Positions 17,929-27,565 of a stretch of DNA of 64,000 nt are shown here, piece after piece. The stretch is from positions 1 through 64,000 of IMG/VR virus record IMGVR_UViG_3300028844_004047. One strand, written 5' to 3'. Within the stretch, counting starts at the first letter, position 1; each line of letters starts with the position of its first letter. This stretch comes from a virus. Made by a program: the position numbers and the translations under genes. A model generated the notes under the pieces. That model made no database searches, was not told the DNA's origin, and was given only the letters and a program-made list of their open reading frames with translations.

Positions 17929-19014
17929 CTACTTTGGTGGATTAATACCTTTTGGTTCCATCGGTTCCACTGGTTCCACTTCTTGTTTTTCTTCCTTCTT
18001 ACTTAAAGACTCCCAATCACCTAACTCAAACGTATGAGTTGACACTTCCCCGGATTCTACATTTTCAACCTTAACTGTGGCCATTTCTCCGTCTAACTTT
18101 GTTTTTAAGTATTCGAAGATATCACCATACTCTTTTACCTGGATCCCATCAATTTCTAGAATGTAAGATTCGCTTGTCATTCCAGCAATATAGAGATTAC
18201 TCTCAGGCGAGGCCTTTATTTTTACCCTCTTCATATCAACGTCGAAATCAACTTCGATGTTTAAAGCAGGTCTTCGTACTTTGCCGTACGAAAGTATTCT
18301 GTCGTAAACCCATCTCACATCATCTAAATGAATGCTCATTGCCCAGGCTTGTGTCTTTGCAGTCGGGTCACGAGATAGAATCATAAGTGTATTGATGCCT
18401 ATTAAATCACCATGTTCATCGAACAATGGTCCGCCACTATTACCTGGCATTATAAGTGCATCTGATTGTATTAGTCTTTGCCACGGTGAAGACACAAATC
18501 GTTTTGGATTGCTAACAATACCTTTACTAACACTCCAAATCATACCTTGCGGATGACCGATAACATAAATGTCTTCTCCAAAGTTAGGATCTTTGCCCCA
18601 CTTAACAGGATTAAATTTATAATCCTTTGGTAGGTCAATTTTTATTACTGCAATGTCAGAAAGAATATCAAATCCAACAATAGTTGCATTATATTCTGTC
18701 ATGGATTCGTCTTCATACATCCATACTGAAATTGTATTACCTTTTTCGATAACGTGATAGTTAGTAATAATATGTCCTTCTTTTGACATAATAATACCTG
18801 ACCCTAAACCAGAGCCCTGCTCCGGTGGAGGTACTGGAATCATGTTACCTGATGTTTCGTCTATAGTCGGTGTTACGTTTTTAATAGAAACAAAAACAGT
18901 TGACTTTAAATTGTTGTCAATATTTTTTAATCCACTAGTAGCAGTATCAGTAAAACTGAAATATGTGATTATGCTAACGCAGGCGACTAATAGGAATTGT
19001 TGAACTCGCATCAT
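17929..19014 (-). CDS. HtrA/DegP-like serine protease with PDZ domain
   Basis: GLGSG, ITNYHVI, SDIAVIKI, GNSGGPL triad; N-terminal signal/TM. Confidence 0.92.
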   Translation of the reverse strand: MMRVQQFLLVACVSIITYFSFTDTATSGLKNIDNNLKSTVFVSIKNVTPTIDETSGNMIPVPPPEQGSGLGSGIIMSKEGHIITNYHVIEKGNTISVWMYEDESMTEYNATIVGFDILSDIAVIKIDLPKDYKFNPVKWGKDPNFGEDIYVIGHPQGMIWSVSKGIVSNPKRFVSSPWQRLIQSDALIMPGNSGGPLFDEHGDLIGINTLMILSRDPTAKTQAWAMSIHLDDVRWVYDRILSYGKVRRPALNIEVDFDVDMKRVKIKASPESNLYIAGMTSESYILEIDGIQVKEYGDIFEYLKTKLDGEMATVKVENVESGEVSTHTFELGDWESLSKKEEKQEVEPVEPMEPKGINPPK

Positions 19015-19252
19015 ATTTTAATGTCCTTTTTCGTAATGCACTATCTTTTTGTGCAAGTTTATAAACGTCACCACAACAACCGCAGTAGTGATTAACCCAT
19101 TTATTCAGTCGAGATGTGCTGATGTCCTTTGAACTTCTAAGGAATAAACTTGAACAATTATCACACAATAATGCGTAAACTTGCAAACTTCTTTTAGTTG
19201 CAAAGCCCTTACGTCGATGCCATTGCTTAATAAATGTATATCCTAAATACAT
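18974..19252 (-). CDS. hypothetical Zn-binding protein
   Basis: CDNC and HYCGCC; minus-strand TAAATA at 19258-19263. Confidence 0.65.
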   Translation of the reverse strand: MYLGYTFIKQWHRRKGFATKRSLQVYALLCDNCSSLFLRSSKDISTSRLNKWVNHYCGCCGDVYKLAQKDSALRKRTLKYDASSTIPISRLR

Positions 19253-19339
19253 ACTAGTATTTATCTTTTTAGCGTTCGGCTATCGTAATTCGTTGATAAA
19301 TAATAGTACGAAATTATTTAATCTGCAGGAGTTATAACA

Positions 19340-20032
19340 ATGGCGAAACAAGCAATCAACATTGGAAGTAGTGCAAATGATGGCGCAGGTGATCCTTTAA
19401 GAACCGCCTTTACTAAAATTAACGAAAACTTCACTGAAGTCTACACAGAATTAGGTGGATCAAGTTTAAGTAATATTAGTATTACAGGCAACACTATTGG
19501 AACAGATGATACCAACGGAAATATTACATTAAGTCCGAATGGTACAGGTGCTATTGTTGTAGATACTTCTAAAAATTTACAATTTACTACACACACTGAT
19601 AATGCAGTCTTAAAATTTGATGCAAGTGGTAATGTAGTAATAAGTTCAGTAGTTGATGATGGAACAACAGTTACAATGGGTGACATTGCAATAAATGGAA
19701 CAACATCTACACTAACAACAACTACAAATGATATTAACCTAGTACCAGGTGGTGGCGAAGTTAATGTTAGTGGTCACGTTTTAAGTGATACAACAAACAC
19801 AAAAGATTTAGGCTCTGCGGCAAACGTATGGCGTGGGATCTTTGGAACAAAATTAACCGCAACAGGTGATAGAATCAATATTACTACAACACATACACCA
19901 GCAAGTGCTCAAGGCGCCGCAGGTGATTTAGCAGGTGATGTAGCCATAGACGCAAGTTATATCTATTACTGTACTGCGGCACATGATGGCGCAACTGCTA
20001 TCTGGAAAAAAGTCGCACTAGTGGCATTCTAA
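19340..20032 (+). CDS. baseplate wedge/tail-fibre connector-like protein (T4 gp9/gp10-type N-terminus)
   Basis: INIGSSANDGAGDPLRTAFTKINENF; late motif at 19297. Confidence 0.8.
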   Translation: MAKQAINIGSSANDGAGDPLRTAFTKINENFTEVYTELGGSSLSNISITGNTIGTDDTNGNITLSPNGTGAIVVDTSKNLQFTTHTDNAVLKFDASGNVVISSVVDDGTTVTMGDIAINGTTSTLTTTTNDINLVPGGGEVNVSGHVLSDTTNTKDLGSAANVWRGIFGTKLTATGDRINITTTHTPASAQGAAGDLAGDVAIDASYIYYCTAAHDGATAIWKKVALVAF

Positions 20033-20047
20033 GGATAGGAGAACACA

Positions 20048-21968
20048 ATGGCTGGAACTAAAAGAGTAATTAATATAGGAACAAATGCAGACGACGGTAC
20101 AGGTGACTTACTTCGTGCGGCGTTTGAAAAAGTAAATCAAAACTTTGATGATGTATGGACATATGGTGCAGTTAATAGTAATTTAAATATTACTGCTGAT
20201 ACCATTGCTGGTACAACTGATGTTATCGTGGATCCTGCAGATTCAGGTGCTTTTAAAGTAGCCGGTGATACCATCATTAATCCAAACAATGGTAATTATA
20301 ACTTTACTGTTAATACAGATTTAGCCAATGACGTTTTATATGTTAAAGGTAGTTCGGGTTTTGTTGGTATTAAGAATAATGCTCCAACAGTACCACTTGA
20401 TGTAACAGGTGATGCTAAAGTTTCAGGTACTGCAACATTAACGACTTTAAGTGTAACTGGAAATACAACACTAGGTGACAGTAATACAGATACAGTTAAT
20501 TATGTTGCAAAATCTAGTTCAGACTTCTTACCAGTTAGTACTACACAAAATTTAGGTGGTGCTAGTAATCGTTGGGGAAATGTTTATTCAACTAACCTTG
20601 ATGTAAGTGGAAGTATTAGTGGTACATTTACTGGTAATATGACAAGCACACTAACAGGTGATGTTAATAACACTAACGTAACAAGTGTTAACTTAAACGT
20701 AACAGGCCCTAGTAACGTTCAAAACTTAACTGTAACGGGTGATTTAGTTGTACAGGGTACAACTACTACTCTTGAAACAAACGACGTTTTAGTTAATAAT
20801 CAAATTACATTTGAAGGTACAACTGCTGACGCACACGAAACAATTTTAACAGTTACAGAACCTACACAAGATAACACAATTACTTTTAAAAACGCAACTG
20901 GTACAGTAGCATTTAGCATTTTTAACTGATGTTCCAAGTGGTATAAACGATTTAAGTGATGTTGATACTTCAACAACTCCTCCAACTAATGGACAAGCAT
21001 TAGTTTGGAACAATGCTAATTTAGAATGGGAACCAGGCACAGTTGGTGGTGCTTCAGAAATAAATGATTTAACTGCGGCAGTAACATGGGCAAATATTCC
21101 AGATGCAAATGTTCCAGCAAGTGCAGTAACACAACACCAAGCGGCATTGAGTGTAACAGAATCACAAATTAGTGATTTAGGAACTTACTTAACAAGTGTT
21201 CCAGCACAGACGTTTGCTAGTTTAACAGGTAAACCAACTACGATAGCAGGTTATGGAATTACAGATGCATTTGATGGTGCATACGGATCGTTGACAGGAA
21301 CTCCAACAATGTATGCTAACTCCGACGTTGATGCCCACTTAAACCAATCAAATCCAACTAGTGGATACGTTCTTTCTTGGAATGGTTCTGATTATGCTTG
21401 GGTGGCAAACAGTAGCGGCGGTGCAACAAGTATCAATACTGCTGGTAACACAGGAACAGGTAGCGTAACTTTTGCAAGTGAAACATTAACTGCAACAGGA
21501 ACAACAAACCAAATTAATGTTAATGCGGCAGGTTTTGCTTTAAGTTTCAGTTTAGATGCAGATTTAACTGGGTTAACAACAATTAACACACATACTATTC
21601 CAAGTGGTACAGGAACACTAGCATTAACAGGTGATCATCCGCAACATACTTTTGTTATTGCCGCTAGTGGATCAACGGATTATACATTTAGTGATGGTGA
21701 TAATCATTGGTTCCCAACTACAGAGAATGATCCTGTATTATACTTACGCAGAGGCGAAACTTATATCTTTAATGTAAATGCATTAAGTGGTTCACACCCA
21801 TTTGAGATTAGGGTAAGTAATGGCGGTAGTGCATACAGTACTGGTGTAACGAACAATGGTGCAACAAGTGGAAACGTTACTTTTAAAGTACCTATGTCAG
21901 CACCTGCAACATTATACTACCAATGTACTTCACACGCAGGAATGGGCAATACGATTAATATAGTATAA
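20048..21968 (+). pseudogene. tail fibre/baseplate protein interrupted by 7-nt duplication (frameshift near 20907-20920)
   Basis: gp9/gp10-type N-terminus; removing one TAGCATT copy fuses 20048.. and ..21968 in frame (VAFLTDVPSGINDLSDVD...); C-terminal cupredoxin-like domain. Confidence 0.75.
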
Positions 21969-21986
21969 ATTAGTAGTTGATATTAT

Positions 21987-21994
21987 TATAAATA
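21987..21994 (+). promoter_or_regulatory. T4-like late promoter TATAAATA (representative copy)
   Basis: TAAATA core also at 1391, 10724, 16204, 19297, 24401, 27112, 30061, 30996, 39401, 41361, 45193, 49896, 50997, 55594, 55904, 61310, 62167 (+) and 2828, 19258, 34365, 41304 (-), each shortly upstream of a gene or leader. Confidence 0.8.
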
Positions 21995-22016
21995 CTACTA
22001 ATAAGAAGGAAATATA

Positions 22017-24392
22017 ATGGCATCACCTGTTTGGTACACTACTGCGAGTAATCTAGGCGTAATACAAGAAGGTCAATTTTACCAATTTGGCTTAGACGCA
22101 AGAGATCCGGCTGGCGGAACAATTGAATATTCAATTGTATCTGGTAAACTTCCTGACGGTATCGAACTAGCGAACAATGGGCTATTATTTGGTAACCCAA
22201 GAAAAGTAGTACAAGGTGTACCTGTTGAAGTAAACAGAGATGTTACTAGCAAGTTTTCTATTAGAGCAAAAGATTCCACTGGTATTGTTAATGATAAAAC
22301 ATTTCAGTTAATAGTAACAGGGCAAGATATTCCTACATGGGAAAGCACACAGTTTTTAGGAAACTATATCGATTTCCAATATATTAATAAACAAATTTTA
22401 GTAAATGATTCGGATACCGAGGATACATTAACATACGAATTGTTAAGTGGATCATTACCAACCGGAACAGAATTAACAAATGACGGTTATATAAGAGGAT
22501 TCATACAGCCACAACTAGTTCAAGGTAGTAGCAATGTAGGAAGTTTTGACACTTCAGCATTTGATACTGAATTATTTGATTTTGGACAAGGTGTTGGTAG
22601 TTATAGTAAAATGCACCACTTTGTTGTTAGAGCAAGTGATGGAAAAGCATTCATTGTTAAAGAATTTAGTATATATGTATTTGGTGCTTTTGATTTAAAA
22701 GCAGATAATGACACAATTACTGCTGATAAAGATGATTTATTAATTCAAGCAGACACAAGTAGTCAATACGGTCCAATTATTAGACACGCAGATAGTAATA
22801 TTGGAACATTCTTACATGACAATATGTTTAGTTTTAAAGTAGATGCTATTGATTATAGTGGTGCTGGTATTACTTACAGTATATACGCCGGAGATGCCGC
22901 ATGGGATCAAGCAGGTTATGATACAGAATTGTTTGATGCTATCGAAGGAGAAATGCCTGAAGGTTTAACTATTGATCCTAGTACAGGTTGGATACATGGT
23001 AAACTTCCTTTCTTAAATCAAGTTATTAAAGAATATTCATTTATTGTAAAAGCGGCAAGAACAAGTGATCCTGACAACTTTTACGATACACACCAGTTTA
23101 CAATGAAGTTAATAACTAATAAAGATTTAGATATTACTTGGAACACTCCTAAAGATTTAGGAATATTACAAACAGGTGCGGCAAGTACTTTATTTGTTAA
23201 TGCAACAAGTAAAAATAATACTGCTCTTGTATATGAATTACAACCTAACAGTAAATTGCCACAAGGATTAAAATTAAATTCAACAGGCGAACTTGAAGGT
23301 AGAGCAAGTTTTAAAACATTCCAGTTAGATTCTGGTACAACAAAATTAGATGTTGTTCAAAATTCGGCAACAACCACAGTTGACGGAACTTATACATTCT
23401 CAATTAAAGCAAGAGACAACACAGGAACATTATTTAACACAAGAACATTCAGTGTTGTTGTTAAAAACGAGTATAGTGCACCTTACGAAGATTTATATAT
23501 TGATTTATTACCAAGTCAAGTAGATAGAAATATTTGGAAAGATGTAATATACAATAGACAAGATATTCCAGACGAAGATTTATACAGAGCAACAGATATT
23601 TACTTTGGTAGACAAGAACATCCTAGAATGTTATTCTTACCAGGATTACCTGCAAACACATTGTCTAAATATTTTGAATCAGTTTACAAAAACCACCATG
23701 ATATAAATTTAAGATTTGGTGATTTTAAATATGCAAAAGCAACTGACAACAATAACAATCATATATATGATGTTGTGTATGTTGATATATTAGATAAGTT
23801 TGATCCTCCAGCAGGAACAGTATTAAATACTGCTAACTTAGAAATTAAATATTCATCTATTAATAATCCAATTACAGTAGATGAATCAGCACATATCGAA
23901 AATACTAATTTAAGAGCAAGTGCAAATAATAATAAAGTTTTATATCCAGCAAGTTTAAGTCGTATGAAAAAACGTGTTGAAGATAAATTAGGTATCCAGG
24001 ATAGTAGAACACTTCCACGTTGGATGACCAGTGTACAAGATGACGGTACTGTATTAGGATTTACAAGTGCTTGTGTGATTGCATACTTAAAACCAGGAGC
24101 GGGTAAACGTATTCTTTATTATCTAGATATTAATAAAAATATTAATTTAAACAAAATTAACTTTACTGTAGATAGATATGTATTAGATGCATACTTCAGT
24201 AAAAATTATGATAAAGATAGTACACCAAAAGCATGGTTAGTAGGAGCAGAAACAACATTTGATTCAACAAACACTAGTTTAGATGGTAAGAATACAAGAT
24301 TTTTCCCTAATATCGATACTAAACGTACAGATATTACAGATGGTAATAATTATATCAAATTCCCAAGGAATGAGATAATTGACTTACCGTAA
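22017..24392 (+). CDS. Ig/cadherin-repeat virion (baseplate) protein
   Basis: Repeated SGxLPxGxxLxxxGxIxG Ig-like modules; late promoter. Confidence 0.75.
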   Translation: MASPVWYTTASNLGVIQEGQFYQFGLDARDPAGGTIEYSIVSGKLPDGIELANNGLLFGNPRKVVQGVPVEVNRDVTSKFSIRAKDSTGIVNDKTFQLIVTGQDIPTWESTQFLGNYIDFQYINKQILVNDSDTEDTLTYELLSGSLPTGTELTNDGYIRGFIQPQLVQGSSNVGSFDTSAFDTELFDFGQGVGSYSKMHHFVVRASDGKAFIVKEFSIYVFGAFDLKADNDTITADKDDLLIQADTSSQYGPIIRHADSNIGTFLHDNMFSFKVDAIDYSGAGITYSIYAGDAAWDQAGYDTELFDAIEGEMPEGLTIDPSTGWIHGKLPFLNQVIKEYSFIVKAARTSDPDNFYDTHQFTMKLITNKDLDITWNTPKDLGILQTGAASTLFVNATSKNNTALVYELQPNSKLPQGLKLNSTGELEGRASFKTFQLDSGTTKLDVVQNSATTTVDGTYTFSIKARDNTGTLFNTRTFSVVVKNEYSAPYEDLYIDLLPSQVDRNIWKDVIYNRQDIPDEDLYRATDIYFGRQEHPRMLFLPGLPANTLSKYFESVYKNHHDINLRFGDFKYAKATDNNNNHIYDVVYVDILDKFDPPAGTVLNTANLEIKYSSINNPITVDESAHIENTNLRASANNNKVLYPASLSRMKKRVEDKLGIQDSRTLPRWMTSVQDDGTVLGFTSACVIAYLKPGAGKRILYYLDINKNINLNKINFTVDRYVLDAYFSKNYDKDSTPKAWLVGAETTFDSTNTSLDGKNTRFFPNIDTKRTDITDGNNYIKFPRNEIIDLP

Positions 24393-24447
24393 ATAAATGA
24401 TAAATAAATATATTACAATATAAAGTAATACTTGGAGTTAAAGAAAT

Positions 24448-25179
24448 ATGGCTAGTTCAATTAATACAACTAATATAGACGGTACTTTTCCAGTCGCAGG
24501 ACAAGATAATAGTTCACAGGGTTTTAGAGATAACTTTACTAACCTAAAGACAAACCTTGGATATGCTAAAACTGAGATTGAAGATTTACAAACTAAAGTA
24601 GTTTTAAAATCCGCATTAACAGGTACTTCACTTGATAATGATATGGGTGGAAACACTATCTATAACGTTGAATTAAACAGAGCAGTAACTACTAAAAACT
24701 CAATTGGTACTGTAACAGGAACTTTTACTGTTAACTATCAATCAGGTGGTTACCAAACACTTACAACTAGCGGTGCAGTAACATTAGGCTTTAGTAATTG
24801 GCCCGCAACAGGCAAATATGCTGAAGTAGACGTTATGATTAACGTTGCAGATGTTACACATACTTTAACACTACCAGCGGCTGTATCACATGGCACAGAT
24901 GGTATCCAAGGATATAGCTCAAATGTTATTACTTTTAGTGCAACAGGAAACTACTTGTTGCGTTTCTCTTCAGACGACAATGGTTCTACAATAACAGTTC
25001 AACTGTTAAGTGGACCACAGGTTGCAAAAGGTTTAGTATACAGAACAATTAGCACAAACACAGGTCAAGCAGGTGATACTGCTGGAATGGTGGCATATGA
25101 TGCCAGTTACTTGTATGTTGCTATTGCTGACTACGATGGCTCAACTGCAATTTGGACAAGAACCGCCCTTTCTTGGTAA
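24448..25179 (+). CDS. virion structural/tail protein
   Basis: FPVAGQDNSSQGFRDNF N-terminus; C-terminal module shared with 19340 gene. Confidence 0.75.
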   Translation: MASSINTTNIDGTFPVAGQDNSSQGFRDNFTNLKTNLGYAKTEIEDLQTKVVLKSALTGTSLDNDMGGNTIYNVELNRAVTTKNSIGTVTGTFTVNYQSGGYQTLTTSGAVTLGFSNWPATGKYAEVDVMINVADVTHTLTLPAAVSHGTDGIQGYSSNVITFSATGNYLLRFSSDDNGSTITVQLLSGPQVAKGLVYRTISTNTGQAGDTAGMVAYDASYLYVAIADYDGSTAIWTRTALSW

Positions 25180-25255
25180 TATTTTTTACCAATAATACTT
25201 GACTTTAACCTTCAATTATATTATAATCAGGATATAATATACTTACGGAGTTTCA

Positions 25256-26221
25256 ATGAAAATCATCGCAGGAAATAGCAACCTAGAACTTGCTAATGCA
25301 GTTTCCGAACATTGTTTTACAAATATTGTACCTTCTAATATCTCAACTTTTGCAGATGGTGAAAGTAGTGTAGAATTTTTAGAAAATGTTCGGGGCGAAG
25401 ACGTCTTTATTATACAATCAACAAGTACACCAGTTAATGATAACTTAATGGAATTAATGGTAATGATTGATGCCGCTAAACGTAGCAGTGCCAAACGTAT
25501 TACCGCAGTTATTCCTTATTTTGGATATGCACGACAAGATAGAAAAAGTGCAAGTCGTACACCAATCACTGCCAAACTAGTAGCAAACTTAATTACCAAA
25601 GCAGGTGCAGATAGAATCCTTACAATGGATTTACACGCAGGACAGATACAGGGCTTCTTTGATATTCCTGTTGATGACTTAACAAGCAGAATTGTATTTG
25701 CTAAAGATATTAAACGTAGACTTAATATGTATGGTAACAATCATATAGATACAGTGTTTGTAAGTCCGGACGCAGGTGGAACTGTAAGAGCAAGAAAATT
25801 TGCAGAAATGTTTAATGGTGATATTGCCATTGTCGACAAACGTAGACCCAGAGCAGGCGAAAGCGAAGTAATGGGAATTATTGGAGACGTAGAAGGAAAA
25901 CACGCAATACTAGTAGACGATATTATTGACAGCGGAGGTACATTATGTAATGCCGCAAAAGTTATTATGGAACAAGGAGCATTATCTGTAAGGGCATATA
26001 TTACACACGGTGTTTTAACAAATAGTGCTTGTCAAAAAGTTGAAGACAGTTGTCTTGAACATTTAATTATTACAGATTCTATTCAAAATCGTTGTCCAGA
26101 TAACTGTAAGAAAACAATTCAAATATCAACTGGTGCTCTTTTTGGAGAAGCAATCAGAAGAATAACAAATGAGGAAAGTGTTTCTTCATTATTCAATACC
26201 TCATTAATGAAAACGGAGTAA
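25256..26221 (+). CDS. prs: ribose-phosphate pyrophosphokinase
   Basis: FADGE, PYFGYARQDRK, DLHAGQIQGFF, SPDAGG, VDDIIDSGGT; sigma70-type promoter near 25199. Confidence 0.97.
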   Translation: MKIIAGNSNLELANAVSEHCFTNIVPSNISTFADGESSVEFLENVRGEDVFIIQSTSTPVNDNLMELMVMIDAAKRSSAKRITAVIPYFGYARQDRKSASRTPITAKLVANLITKAGADRILTMDLHAGQIQGFFDIPVDDLTSRIVFAKDIKRRLNMYGNNHIDTVFVSPDAGGTVRARKFAEMFNGDIAIVDKRRPRAGESEVMGIIGDVEGKHAILVDDIIDSGGTLCNAAKVIMEQGALSVRAYITHGVLTNSACQKVEDSCLEHLIITDSIQNRCPDNCKKTIQISTGALFGEAIRRITNEESVSSLFNTSLMKTE

Positions 26222-26224
26222 TAA

Positions 26225-26632
26225 ATGCAAGTCGATTTGAACAAGTACAAAGAATTTGTTGAAGAAGTAACAAGTTTAGAATCAAACAAAACTATGGTGT
26301 TAAAACATACCATGGAAGAATTGGAAAAAGAAAGTGGTGTTAACATTGCACTACTATTAACAGGTGCAATCGGTATTGCAAGTGAAGGAGGCGAATTTGC
26401 TGAAATTGTTAAAAAATGTATATTTCAAGGTAAACCACTTGATAATGAAACTATCTTTCATGCTAAACGAGAACTTGGCGATATTATGTGGTATTGGATT
26501 AATAGTTGCAGGGCACTTGGTTTGGACCCAAATGAAGTAGTAGCAGAAAATGTGAATAAACTTAAAGCACGTTATCCAGGTGGAGAGTTTGATGTACACT
26601 ATTCAGAGAATCGTAAAGAAGGCGACCTTTGA
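26225..26632 (+). CDS. MazG-like nucleotide pyrophosphohydrolase
   Basis: SEGGEFAEIVKK, ELGDIMWY, NVNKLKARYP. Confidence 0.9.
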   Translation: MQVDLNKYKEFVEEVTSLESNKTMVLKHTMEELEKESGVNIALLLTGAIGIASEGGEFAEIVKKCIFQGKPLDNETIFHAKRELGDIMWYWINSCRALGLDPNEVVAENVNKLKARYPGGEFDVHYSENRKEGDL

Positions 26633-27114
26633 TTGAAAAAATTAAAACATGGATAGAAGAATTCGTTTCAACACATAACGAAACTATTGGACACGTTCCA
26701 TGCCCATTTGCCAAACAGGCAATGTTAACAGATAAAATTAGATACAAGGAAGTAAACAGAGACAATACAGTTTCTACACTAGAAGACCTTGTAGATAATT
26801 GGAATGACAAATATGAAGTTGTAGTTGTTTATGCAAGAACATCAGAAATGACACCAATGGAATTAGCCAAACTTGTTGAAGACTTTAATGAGGAGGCTAT
26901 GAAAAAAGATATTGTAGCACTAGAAGATCATCCTAATGATTTTGAGATGTTAAATGGTGTTAAGATGAATTTTGGTAGTGCAATACTAATATTAGTTCAA
27001 AGATTAAGTAAACTTAATAATGCAAGTAAAATGTTACAAAAACAAGGGTATTACGAAAACTGGAAACAAGAAAACTATGATGATGTAGTATCTTGGAGAT
27101 TCAAAAGCCAATAA
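26629..27114 (+). CDS. DUF1415-like protein
   Basis: WIEEFV...PCPFAK, DHP; TTG start overlapping upstream stop. Confidence 0.6.
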   Translation: MIEKIKTWIEEFVSTHNETIGHVPCPFAKQAMLTDKIRYKEVNRDNTVSTLEDLVDNWNDKYEVVVVYARTSEMTPMELAKLVEDFNEEAMKKDIVALEDHPNDFEMLNGVKMNFGSAILILVQRLSKLNNASKMLQKQGYYENWKQENYDDVVSWRFKSQ

Positions 27115-27141
27115 ATACTACTTTAAGTAGGAGTATTATTA

Positions 27142-27564
27142 ATGGCCATATATGCCCGAGTAGATTTATCTAAATGTAATTACACAACGTTACCAAATTA
27201 CAAGGTAATCAAGTCTCCTAATATAACAGAATTAAATAAAATTTACACAAAGTACTGTAGGTATAAAAAGTTTAAGAGTGTAATGCCTATATTTGATAGT
27301 GATTATAAAAACAATGATGTAATAGGTTATTACGACAATGACAAACTTGTTGCATTTAGTATTATCATAATACAAGATAAAGAAAATGTTGAAGCATTAC
27401 AATTTGCATGGGATTATAAAAATCCTAAACTATTTTTAGGATTAAGAAGTTTAAGAAATGAATGTGCTATATATAAAGCAAAAGGCTACAAGTATATGTA
27501 CTTAGGTGAAGCACATTCTTATAAAAAACAGATAGATGGCTTTGAGGTATTAGGACCTCTATAA
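27142..27564 (+). CDS. ATE/Bpt-like aminoacyl-tRNA-protein transferase, C-terminal GNAT domain only
   Basis: YYDNDKLVAFS..FAWDY..LGLRSLRNE..AK.GYKYMYLG..YK fits ATE_C pattern. Confidence 0.7.
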   Translation: MAIYARVDLSKCNYTTLPNYKVIKSPNITELNKIYTKYCRYKKFKSVMPIFDSDYKNNDVIGYYDNDKLVAFSIIIIQDKENVEALQFAWDYKNPKLFLGLRSLRNECAIYKAKGYKYMYLGEAHSYKKQIDGFEVLGPL

Positions 27565-27565
27565 T

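Noticed and set aside
20048-21968. Diversity-generating retroelement or invertase switching of the tail fibre
   Set aside because: No reverse transcriptase, template repeat, recombinase or inverted cassette visible in the window
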